This document shows, piece after piece, positions 54,101 to 64,000 of a DNA stretch of 64,000 bases (positions are counted from its first letter, which is position 1; each line of letters begins with the position of its first letter). The notes under the pieces were generated by a model. It had not been told where the DNA came from. It ran no database searches and worked only from the letters and a program-made list of their open reading frames with translations. The position numbers were made by a program, and so were the translations under genes. The DNA is from Lytechinus pictus (lineage: Eukaryota). Where the stretch lies: contig NC_087245.1 in the NCBI RefSeq assembly GCF_037042905.1, positions 19,470,001 through 19,534,000 of the forward strand, written 5' to 3'.

Positions 54101-56151
54101 AGCCGGTCCACGCTGTGCAATTTCAAGTTCATCTGTGTACAATTCACTGGGTGTCTCACCTGGCATAAGTTCAGCCTCATCCACATTCTTTGTAATTTCC
54201 TGTTGAATAACATCTGTTTTAATGGCAACTTCGACAGTAGCGATTGGCTTTTCCTCTACTCTTGATGGTTTGACATCCATAGGAGCAAGATCTTCAGGTA
54301 CTTGCTCTAGAACTTGCTCCTCTCTTTGTGGAATTTCAGTTACTGCTGTTGGAATCTCTTCAACCTCTGATGGCTTTACTTCAACAGGTGCAAATTCTTG
54401 TGGTACTTGTTCAGGAACTCTCTCTTCTTTCTGTGGTGTTTCAAGAACTGCAGCAGGCATTTCTTCAACTTCAGAAGGCTTGACCTCAGTAGGAACAAGT
54501 TCTTCAGGTATTTGCTCCGTTCTTTGTTCTTCTCTTTGTGGAATTTCACTTACTGCTGCTGGAATCTCTTCAACCTCTGATGGCTTTACTTCGACAGGAG
54601 AAAATTCTTGTGGTACTTGTTCAGGAACTTTTTCTTCTTTCTGTGGCGTTTCAAAAACTGCAGCAGGCATCTCTTCAACTTCAGAAGGCTTGACCTCAGT
54701 AGGAGCAAGTTCTTCCGGTCTTTGCTCCAGTACTTGTTCTTCTCTTTGTGGAATTTCACTTACTACTGCTGGAATCTCTTCAACCTCTGATGGCTTTACT
54801 TCGACAGGAGAAAATTCTTTTGGCACTTGTTCAGGAACTTTTTCTTCTTTATGTGGTGTTTCAAGAACTGCAGCAGGCATTTCTTCAACTTCAGAAGGCT
54901 TGACCTCAGTAGGAGCAAGTTCTTCCGGTCTTTGCTCCAGTACTTGTTCCTCTCTTTGTGGAATTTCACTCACTGCTGCTGGAATCTCTTCAACCTCTGA
55001 TGGCTTTACTTCAACAGGAGCAAATTCTTGTGGTACTTGTTCAGGAACTTGTTCTTCTTTATGTGGTGTTTCAAGAACTGCAGCGGGCATCTCTTCAACT
55101 TCAGAAGGCTTGACCTCAGTAGGAGCAAGTTCTTCCGGTCTTTGCTCCAGTACTTGTTCTTCTCTTTGTGGAATTTCACTCACTGCTGCTGGAACCTCTT
55201 CAACCTCTGATGGCTTTACTTCAACAGGAGCAAATTCTTGTGGTACTTGTTCAGGAACTTTTTCTTCTTTCTGTGGTGTTTCAAAAACTGCAGCGGGCAT
55301 TTCTTCAACTTCAGAAGGCTTGACCTTCATAGGAGCAAGTTCTTCAGGTATTTGCTCTGTCATTTGTTCTTCTCTTTGTGGAATTTCACTCACTGCGGCT
55401 GGAAACTCTTCAACCTCTGATGGCTTTACTTCGACAGGAGCAAATTCTTGTGGTACTTGTTCAAGAACTTTCTCTTCTTTATGTGGTGTTTCAAGAACTA
55501 CAGCAGGCATCTCTTCAACTTCAGAAGGCTTGACTTCAGTAGGAGCAAGTTCTTCAGGTATTTGCTCTGTCATTTGTTCTTCTCTTTGTGGAATTTCACT
55601 CACTGCTGCTGGAATCTCTTCAACCTCTGAAGGCTTTATCTCAATAGGAGCAAATTCTTGTGGTACTTGTTCATGAACTTTTTCTTCCTTCTGTGGTGTT
55701 TCAAGAACTGCAGCAGGCATTTCTTCAACTTCAGAAGGCTTGACCTCAGTAGGAGCAAGCTCTTCAATTTCTTCAGCAGTTTGTACATGCTGCTCAGGAA
55801 GGGAATCCATGAACTTCAAGAGTATATTTTCATGAGGTAGTCCTAGATCACGATCTTCCTCGGGTGCTCCTTCTTCTTCCTCTTCTTCAACCTCTTCTTC
55901 TACAACCTCAGTCACCTTTTGTGTCTTGGTAGTTGTGGTTACTTTCCTCTTCACTATTTCCACCTCACCATTTTCAGTTGGTCTTGTGATGATTTCTTCC
56001 ACAACATCCACCTTTTCTTCTGGCTCTTGAGGGATTACAGTAACAGGTACTATTTCCTCATCTGGTTCTCTTTCAGCATCAATGACCTCTTTCACTACCT
56101 TGGTGGTGGTTGTTGTTGTTACTGTTACTTCTTTGGTCTGCTCCACTTCCA
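45187..56151 (-). CDS. Giant titin-like exon (10,965 nt): 35/70-aa repeat arrays and 4 Ig domains
   Basis: Lies in the 3662-aa ORF. Acceptor CTTATAG|TG gives G+TG = V-EVEQ; donor GGGG|GTGAGT. Phase 1-1, length divisible by 3. Confidence 0.93.
46910..48935 (-). repeat. 210-bp (70-aa) coding tandem repeat, family 2, array 2 (about 9.5 units)
   Basis: Same unit as 50150-51560, with 420-bp sub-periodicity (identical antisense ORFs at 47693 and 48113). Confidence 0.93.
50150..51560 (-). repeat. 210-bp (70-aa) coding tandem repeat, family 2, array 1 (about 6.5 units)
   Basis: Unit APSEVISIEIKPEEIQELPTAVVEIPHKEEAVPQETPSEVTAIEIKPEEVEEIPAMTIELPEIEETHKYT. Confidence 0.93.
54250..55765 (-). repeat. 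210-bp (70-aa = 2x35-aa) coding tandem repeat, family 1, about 7 units
   Basis: Unit PEELAPTEVKPSEVEEMPAAVLETPHKEEKVPEQVPQEFAPVEVKPSEVEEIPAAVSEIPQREEQVLEQR. Antisense ORFs recur at 210-bp spacing. Confidence 0.95.
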
Positions 56152-56897
56152 CTATAAGATGTATCAAGAAGAAACAGTAAACATGACATCAGAGCTATAC
56201 AGAAATGGTTTCTGGAAGCATGCACTGTGAGGCCATTGATCAATACTTACAAGGTAAATGCAAGGCATGCACTCTCCCAGATGCAGACAGAGGAGAAAGC
56301 ATGATCCCATTCTTGTATGGAAACAATGCAAGCGCCATGCATAAGAGATCAATGAAATATACTAAATAAAAAAAACATCAGAATCCAAAGTCCTTCCTCT
56401 AGCATATCAAATCTGATATTCTAGGTAATACTCTACCAAAATCAGCAGATGCAATGATTCATGCAATCACGTTGATGTAAAACATGTCTTGAAATCAAGG
56501 TACATGCTAAAAGAAATTTCAATGAGCAAATAAAAAGGAGGCTAGCATGCATATAAGTACCATGCCAATGCAAATGCAAGGCTTTTTCTGATAACATTTA
56601 CCAGAAGCAAACGAAGTCAGAAATCAAGACAGCCAAAACATTAAAATATCTAGATATAAATTATAGATGTGACAACAGATGAATCTCAAACAACCTCCAG
56701 ACACCATAAGAAACCCTCAAATACTTGGGTCAAGTAAATCAATAATTCCTTTTTGCCAAACAAATAAAATAAAAAAATGACAAGCTTGTCATTGTTCAAA
56801 ACTCACCTACACCTGGCAAAGAAAAATTTAATTGGTGGTGTCAAGAATCTGTTTATCTGACGGTTAATCGGATCGGGGTCATCTTAGCCACTAACTC

Positions 56898-56969
56898 GTC
56901 TCTGTGGTCTAGTGGTTAAGGCACTGGCGTTCAAAGCTGGGGGCCCAGGTTTGATTCCCGGCAGAGATG
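56898..56969 (+). pseudogene. tRNA-like sequence (tRNA-Glu-like body, UCA in the anticodon position); tRNA pseudogene or SINE head
   Basis: 72 nt. Acceptor stem GTCTCTG/CAGAGAT, A box TGGTCTAGTGG, anticodon arm CTGGC-GTTCAAA-GCTGG, T arm CCAGG-TTTGATT-CCCGG (one mismatch, C56>T), followed by T6. Confidence 0.65.
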
Positions 56970-57068
56970 TTTTTTGGCATCACCAATATTTCCAAAGGGC
57001 AGATAGCTCTGGGGAACCATGATTTAAGCAACGCCTACCGTTGTTCTTGTCATTCATTTCTTTCACAA

Positions 57069-57118
57069 TATACATATATATATATATATATATGTAATTT
57101 TTTGTGGGGGGGGGGGGG
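57069..57118. repeat. (TA)n microsatellite and poly-G run
   Basis: Directly visible in the sequence. Confidence 0.8.
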
Positions 57119-59196
57119 CTTGTAAATTGATACTTAATCAAAAAGTCCTTGCATGCTTTGTTTCTCCTATAGTTACAAAGTATATATGAGACAAGCAGGC
57201 AAAATAAACACAAAGCAGAAAAGGAAATCATTGATGAAAGATGCAAACATATGCGTGGAAATGCAGGAATTGACTGATGATAATATAAGACACCAATAAA
57301 ATCATATTAGCAGTTCTACTAAAAAATCTTTTTACTACTAGTACTACTATATCTGTATAATTCAAAATTAAATCAAGGGCACTTTTCCCATCCCCTGCCA
57401 TCTTGCACTTTTAAATTACATTCTTACTAACCGGTCTGTTGAGTATGAATGTTGATATTTTTTGTACTAGGAAGCAGACCAAAAATATGTGGGTAAAAGG
57501 GTACTTCTTTTTAATGTGTGAAAGATAGACTTCATAAGTTGTGATAGAGCCCCCAGTTAATCCCTATTAGGGCAATATGTATTATATTTGGCTATGATAA
57601 AAGAAAAATGCATAATGCCTTTAATGTAATGGGCTAAAAAATGGAAGCTGCTTCAATAGTGGTCTCCAGGATATTCACCAAGGTAAGGAAATGGAATAAC
57701 ATCATTATTAATATCTTCAGCGAGACAATGACCTAGATAGAGTCACTCTGTGACTTACCTTAAAAGCAATATCTCATATGAAAAAAGAAGAATTCACATT
57801 TGTTTTACAAAAGAAAATAACTCCCCTTGTAGAAGTGATCCATGGAATTCAAAGGTTTTTTTTGTTGGAGATCTAAACCAATATAAATATGCAAATAAAT
57901 CAATAATTTATTTCTTTTAGGTCTAATTCATAAATGAGAGTGATCATGTTGACAGAAGAAATGTCACACATGCATAGCATACCATGGAAGGATAGATAGT
58001 GGTCATGCAAGGATTTTTTGCATCTAGCATGGTAAAAATTGGTACTCCAGGCTGAAGATATTATGATTGAATCAATAGAGTAAAAGTACAGAAGCAAACC
58101 ACTGACAAATTTCATGAATATCAGAACTGAAATATCAAGTATTTGATTTTTAAGTTTTATCTTTTCAGTGAAATGGTTTCCAGGAATATGCAATGAGTGA
58201 ACTGATGATGTCATATTCCAAGTCTTCGCTTTACTATATTCTTTTATAAAATCTTAATTAAAAAAGATGTATGAAAAATGTATCCCTTGAAACAAATTAT
58301 GTTACAGCAATGATAATTTTACATATTATAAAGCGAATTAATCCTATCCTCCAATTCTTGGAGCAAAAATCAAATTGAAAATAATTTCATATGATAAAAT
58401 ATAACATATATATTTGGGACATGGTATCAGCTCACTTACTGCATATTTATATCATGGCATGCAAAAGCTGTTTAACAGAGGTATTACAAATCAACAAAAA
58501 AAAGACACAATGTCATTATTTTTCACCCTTTCCTGTGGAAATTTCAAATGTTTTGCTTATTCATTATCATTGTATTCACTCATATCACATCATTTACAGC
58601 CTGGAGTACCACTTTAAATGTGAATCCATAATTAAATAAATGAAAAAAAACAAGCAAGCCTGAAATAGATTCATTTCTAATCCAACTAAGCAAATTATAT
58701 ATTTCATATAGAATTGCAAACTAAATTACTGATTTTGATCCCTAACAATTATCACATTTGCTCAAACTGATGCAATGCATGTGTGTGGAATAAGTCGCTG
58801 TTATAAAAGTATATTAAAGGATAGAACAATCTATACAGCAATGTTTATATTCACATAGCTATTTAAAAAATGAAAATGTACTGAAAATTAAGAAAGGGAA
58901 ACAAACAAAGTGATTTGATGAAAATCATTTAAGGAGTTTTTTCTAAATATTTTTTTTATTTCCTGTAAAACTAAAAAACAAAAATGAATAAATGAGATTA
59001 GATTAAAATGTCTTTCAAAGATGTTTAACTTTACTGTTAATTACTACTTTTTAAAGTCATTAGCCATCTTTCGGTTGTTAACTTCTTTCAATCATCTGGT
59101 ATACACATACAGGAAGCACAGGCTCAAACTTAGAAACCAAATATAAATTTTCTTTCATAAAAATTTCAAGAAAAAGAAATAAGACTGTAAACTTAC

Positions 59197-62100
59197 CTGT
59201 ACCAGTACCAGGAATGATTAGCTCTGCCTCAGTGGTGACAACTCCAGCAGGGTTTTCAGCACGGCACACATACACAGTCTCATCTTCTTCCTGTACCTCA
59301 GTGATGATTAGCTCACACGTTCCATCAAGATTGAAGATGGAGATGAACCGGTCACCCTGGAGTGGCCTGCCATTGGCAAACCACTGGAAAGTTGGCCTTG
59401 GGCTTCCGAGTATCAAGCAAGTGAATTGTGCTCGACCACCAATTTCTACTTTGATATCAGTAACATGTCGAATGATTTCAATAAATATTTTGTCCTTAGG
59501 TTCCTCTTTTTCTTCCGAGATATCCAGAATGAGCTCAACATCTTGCAATTCTTCTGGTCCCTTCTCCATTATCACTTTTGAAACTTCTCTTTGTTCCTCA
59601 GGTTCACGTGGAATCTCAATTTCCATCACAACCTCTGTTGGTTCTGGGGCAAAGTCCATTCTTGTTTCAACAACTTCTGATACTGATTCTGTTACTGTTG
59701 TTGAGACCTCTTCTGTTGTTAGTGGCTGCTGGGGAGCCTCAAAGACAATTTCTATGGGTTTTTGCTCATCCTCCCCTTTCTCAATCACCACTTCAGTTCT
59801 CTCTATTTTTTGTGGAATTTCTTCACTAGGTATAACTAATTCTTCAAACTCTGGCATCTTTGGAATTTCTTCTTCTTCTCTCACGTCCAATACGAGTTCG
59901 ATCGGCTGCAAGGGCTGTTGCTCTTGGTCGATCACGACCTCAGCTCTCTGCGGGCCTTTGTCTTGTTCGATAGTCACTGTCTCAGTGACACTTGTCGCAG
60001 ACTGTGTGATAATTGTTGTAGAGGTTTCTTCTGGTTTTTCTTGAGGCAACTCAAATTCGATCTGAACACCCTCAGGTTTCTTCTCTATAAGTACATCAGT
60101 AACTTCACGAGTAGTTATTTCAATTTCTTCTGTTACTTCCTCTTCTGGCATTACAATTTCCTCCTCATATTCTGGTTCTTCACCAGCCATAAGTATGATT
60201 TCAGCAGACACCATTTCTTCACTGATTGCAACAACCTCTTCATATTCAGGTTCTTCTGGTAAGTCTGCAGGGCCTCTTGGGCGTTCCTGCTCTACCTTTT
60301 GAGGCATTACAACCTCTTCTGTGACAGGAAGCTCCTCAGGCTTTTCTGGTAGTTCTGAAGGGCCTGTTGGTTTCTCCTGCTCTACTACTTGAGGTGTTAC
60401 CTCTTCACTGACAGGAATGTGCTCCAATGGACTTTCTGTCTCTGGTTCTGGTTTCTTGACAGATTTTTCTTCAGGCTTAAGGGGTGATGGTTCAGTAGGC
60501 TTTTCATGTGGTTTCTTTGGACCTAGGAATATTTCAGATTTTGATGAAACAGTTCCTTTCTCATTAGTACCAATGCACTCAAAATCTGTTTCATCTTCGT
60601 GCTTGACTGGTGAAATTAACAGGACAGTATTGCCATCTCTTTCAATAAGGGTTACATATCTCTCTCCGGTGATGGGCTTACCATGTTTAAGCCACTGGAT
60701 GGTAGGCTGAGGATGACCTACAATCTGTGATGTTAACCTGACAGTCTTCCCAACATCAGTAACAATATCTTCAAGAGGTCTAATAACCTGGGGAGGTTCC
60801 TGCTTGACAATAACTTGAACACCTGGCTCATCATGTGAAACAGCTTCAGATCTTTCTGGTATATCTTCAGCAAGTGTTTGAATAGCTTCTTCTTGAAATG
60901 GTTGCACCACTCCAACTTCAGGCTGTTCGCCTGGAGACAATTCAAGTGTTAATTCTACTTCACCGAGACTATGTTTTTGATCTATTACCATCTGACTAAT
61001 CTCTTTAGTTTCTGGTATTTTTTCTGATTCTATGACCGTTGTCAGTGTTTCTGTTACTATCGTAGTTGTAGTTTTCTCCTCCTCTTCCAATGGCATAACT
61101 AAAATCTCATATTCCTCATGCATTGGTACATCTTTGATCCCTGTTTTTTCCTCCTCTGGAATCTCAAATGTAAGTTCTATGGGAGCATGAGGCTGTTCTT
61201 GATCAATAATGACTTCACTAGTCTCAATGGTACTTGGAACCTCTTCAGTTCTGACTATTTCTTTTACAGTTGTAACAGTCTCAGTTGTGACTTCTTCATC
61301 CACTGGTTGCTCCATTGGTTGTACAATTATTTCATATTCAGGCTGCTCCTGTGGTTGCTCCATGGGCATTACTAACACTTCATATTCTGGTTTTTCATCT
61401 TTTGGCATTTCAAGGGTTAATTCGACTGGAGCAAGTGGTTGTTTTTGTTGATCAATTTTAACTTGTGTTGTTTGTCTCAAGTCTGGCTGTTGTTCTGATT
61501 CAACAACAGTTGTAACAGTTTCGGTAACAGTAGTGATGGTTTCAATTTCAGATTCTGGTTCCATAGGTATGACCACAACTTCATATTCAGGTTGATGGGG
61601 CACCTCCTCCTCATACTCTGGCTGCTCATCTCTTGGAACCTCTAAAGTCAACTCAACTGGTTCAAGGGGCTTCTTCTCCTTTTCGAATAGCACCTGAGTG
61701 GTTTCTCGTGTTTCTGGGACCTCAACAACAGTTGTAACAGTTTTTTCAATGGTTGTGATAGTCTTTTCCTCTGGTTGTTCTTCCTGAGGAATGACAAGAA
61801 CCTCATATTCTGGTTGTTCTTCTTTGGGAATATCAAAGGTCAATTCAACTGGTGCAAGTGGCTGTTTGCCTTTTTCAACAAACACTTGTGTAGTTTCTCG
61901 TGTGTCTGGGACCTCTTGTGTCTCAACAACAGTTGTAACAGTCTCTTCAATAGTTGTGACAGTTTCCTCCTCTGGTTGTGGTTCTTGAGGAATGACAAGA
62001 ACCTCATATTCTGGCTGTTCCTCTTTGGAAATACCGAAGGTCAGTTCAACTGGTGCAAGTGGCTTTTTATCCTTTTCCAGTAACACTTGTGTGGTTTCTT

Positions 62101-64000
62101 GTGTTTCAGGAATGTCTTGTGTCTCAACAACAGTTGTAACAGTTTTTTCAATGGTTGTGATAGTCTCTTCCTCTGGTTGTTCTTCCTGAGGAATGACAAG
62201 AACCTCATATTCTGGTTGTTCTTCTTTGGGAATATCAAAGGTCAATTCAACTGGTGCAAGTGGCTGTTTTCCTTTTTCAACAAACACTTGTGTAGTTTCT
62301 CGTGTGTCTGGGACCTCTCGTGTCTCAACAACAGTTGTAACAGTCTCTTCAATAGTTGTGACAGTTTCCTCCTCTGGTTGTGGTTCTTGAGGAATGACAA
62401 GAACCTCATATTCTGGCTGTTCCTCTTTGGGAATACCGAAGGTCAGTTCAACTGGTGCAAGTGGCTTTTTATCCTTTTCCAGTAACACTTGTGTGGTTTC
62501 TTGTGTTTCAGGAATGTCTTGTGTCTCAACAACAGTTGTAACAGTCTCTTCAATAGTTGTGACAGTTTCCTCCTCTGGTTGGGCTTCCTGAGGAATGACA
62601 AGAACCTCATATTCTGGTTGTTCTTTTTTGGGAATATCAAAGGTCAGTTCAACTGGTGCAAGTGGCTGTTTGCCTTTTTCAACAAACACTTGTGTAGTTT
62701 CTCGTGTGTCTGGAACCTCTTGTGTCTCAACAACAGTTGTAACAGTCTCTTCAATAGTTGTGACAGTTTCCTCCTCTGGTTGTGGTTCTTGAGGAATGAC
62801 AAGAACCTCATATTCTGGCTGTTCCTCTTTAGGAATATCGAAGGTCAGTTCAACTGGTGCAAGTGGCCTTTTATCCTTTTCCAGTAACACTTGTGTAGTT
62901 TCTCGTGTGTCTGGGACATCTTGTGTCTCAACAACAGTTGTAATAGTCTCTTCAATAGTTGTGACAGTTTCCTCCTCTGGTTGTGGTTCTTGAGGAATGA
63001 CAAGAACCTCATATTCTGGCTGTTCCTCTTTGGGAATATCGAAGGTCAGTTCAACTGGTGCAAGTGGTTTTTTATCTTTTTCCAGTAACACTTGTGTGGT
63101 TTCTCGTGTTTCAGGAATGTCCCGTGTCTCAACAACAGTTGTAACAGTCTCTTCAATAGTTGTGACAGTTTCCTCCTCTGGTTGTGCTTCCTGAGGAATG
63201 ACAAGAACCTCATATTCTGGTTGTTCTTCTTTGGGAATATCAAAGGTCAATTCAACTGGTGCAAGTGGCTGTTTGCCTTTTTCAACAAACACTTGTGTAG
63301 TTTCTCGTGTGTCTGGAACCTCTTGTGTCTCAACAACAGTTGTAACAGTCTCTTCAATAGTTGTGACAGTTTCCTCCTCTGGTTGTGGTTCTTGAGGAAT
63401 GACAAGAACCTCATATTCTGGCTGTTCCTCTTTGGGAATATCGAAGGTCAGTTCAACTGGTGCAAGTGGCTTTTTATCCTTTTCCAGTAACACTTGTGTA
63501 GTTTCTCGTGTGTCTGGGACCTCTTGTGTCTCAACAACAGTTGTAACAGTCTCTTCAATAGTTGTGACAGTTTCCTCCTCTGGTTGGGCTTCCTGAGGAA
63601 TGACAAGAACCTCATATTCTGGTTGTTCTTTTTTGGGAATATCAAAGGTCAGTTCAACTGGTGCAAGTGGCTGTTTGCCTTTTTCAACAAACACTTGTGT
63701 AGTTTCTCGTGTGTCTGGAACCTCTTGTGTCTCAACAACAGTTGTAACAGTCTCTTCAATAGTTGTGACAGTTTCCTCCTCTGGTTGTGGTTCTTGAGGA
63801 ATGACAAGAACCTCATATTCTGGCTGTTCCTCTTTAGGAATATCGAAGGTCAGTTCAACTGGTGCAAGTGGCCTTTTATCCTTTTCCAGTAACACTTGTG
63901 TAGTTTCTCGTGTGTCTGGGACATCTTGTGTCTCAACAACAGTTGTAATAGTCTCTTCAATAGTTGTGACAGTTTCCTCCTCTGGTTGTGGTTCTTGAGG
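59197..64000 (-). CDS. Titin-like exon (5'-truncated by window): 67-aa tandem repeats, acidic spacer, 2 Ig domains
   Basis: Lies in the 1605-aa ORF. Ig motifs VRLTSQIVGHPQPTIQWLKHG and AQFTCLILGSPRPTFQWFANG...YVCRAENPAG. Donor ACAG|GTAAGT at 59197/59196, phase 1. Confidence 0.93.
61690..64000 (-). repeat. 201-bp (67-aa) coding tandem repeat, at least 11 units
   Basis: Near-identical antisense ORFs recur every 201 bp (61791, 61992 ... 63801). Unit: ETQEVPDTRETTQV(LLEKDK/FVEKGK)xPLAPVELTFDIPKEEQPEYEVLVIPQE(P/A)QPEEETVTTIEETVTTVV. Confidence 0.95.

Larger units (their letters stand above)
1..64000 (-). other. sls: Giant titin/Sallimus(kettin)-like gene, partial (both ends lie outside the window): Ig, SH3 and Fn3 domains with acidic PEVK-like spacers
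   Basis: 27 exons with GT/AG boundaries join in one continuous frame. They give 19 I-set Ig domains, an SH3 followed by Ig domains and an Fn3, and no kinase in this window. The junction peptide RKSLSRES-TIEEGEGIKPAF...ADVHLY...EGKYRIVATNKEGKA resembles, from recollection, the C-terminal region of Drosophila Sallimus. The symbol is an orthology inference; 'titin-like' is the safe call. Confidence 0.85.

Noticed and set aside
54222..55676. 484-aa plus-strand Ser/Gly/Cys/Thr-rich ORF resembling a keratin-associated or metallothionein-like protein
   Set aside because: It is the in-register antisense of the E/P/V/A repeat codons. It stays open because those sense repeats lack TTA/CTA/TCA codons, and there is no independent gene signal.
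46143..63998. Dozens of periodic 60-130-aa hydrophobic plus-strand ORFs (MGLFNFRKF..., MWYLFRN..., MTRTSYSG...)
   Set aside because: Antisense shadows of the coding tandem repeats; useful only for measuring repeat periods.
61690..64000. Regular repeat arrays as possible CRISPR or satellite DNA
   Set aside because: No unique spacers; the units are multiples of 3 and lie inside an open coding frame of a eukaryotic spliced gene.

Overview
Eukaryotic (animal) genomic DNA, probably from an invertebrate deuterostome such as a sea urchin (inferred from the repeat families, not verified). The whole window is an internal part of one giant minus-strand gene encoding a titin/Sallimus(kettin)-like elastic muscle protein. 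Reading GT-AG sites by hand gives 27 phase-consistent coding exons (about 28.1 kb, about 9,370 aa, open at both window edges). They encode 19 I-set Ig domains, one SH3, one Fn3 and very long acidic E/P/V/T-rich spacers made of 67-aa and 35/70-aa tandem repeats in giant exons (10,965 nt, about 5.7 kb and over 4.8 kb). The most notable signal is a set of candidate alternative C-termini. A composite exon (7076-7239) either splices on or reads through its donor into an 18-residue hydrophobic tail and stop, predicting a tail-anchored membrane isoform. Two further phase-matched candidate terminal exons lie at 12972-13030 and 22876-23180. Introns contain two tRNA-derived SINEs, several MITE-like elements and a tRNA-like cloverleaf with a UCA anticodon. 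All splice calls are from sequence only and need transcript evidence.
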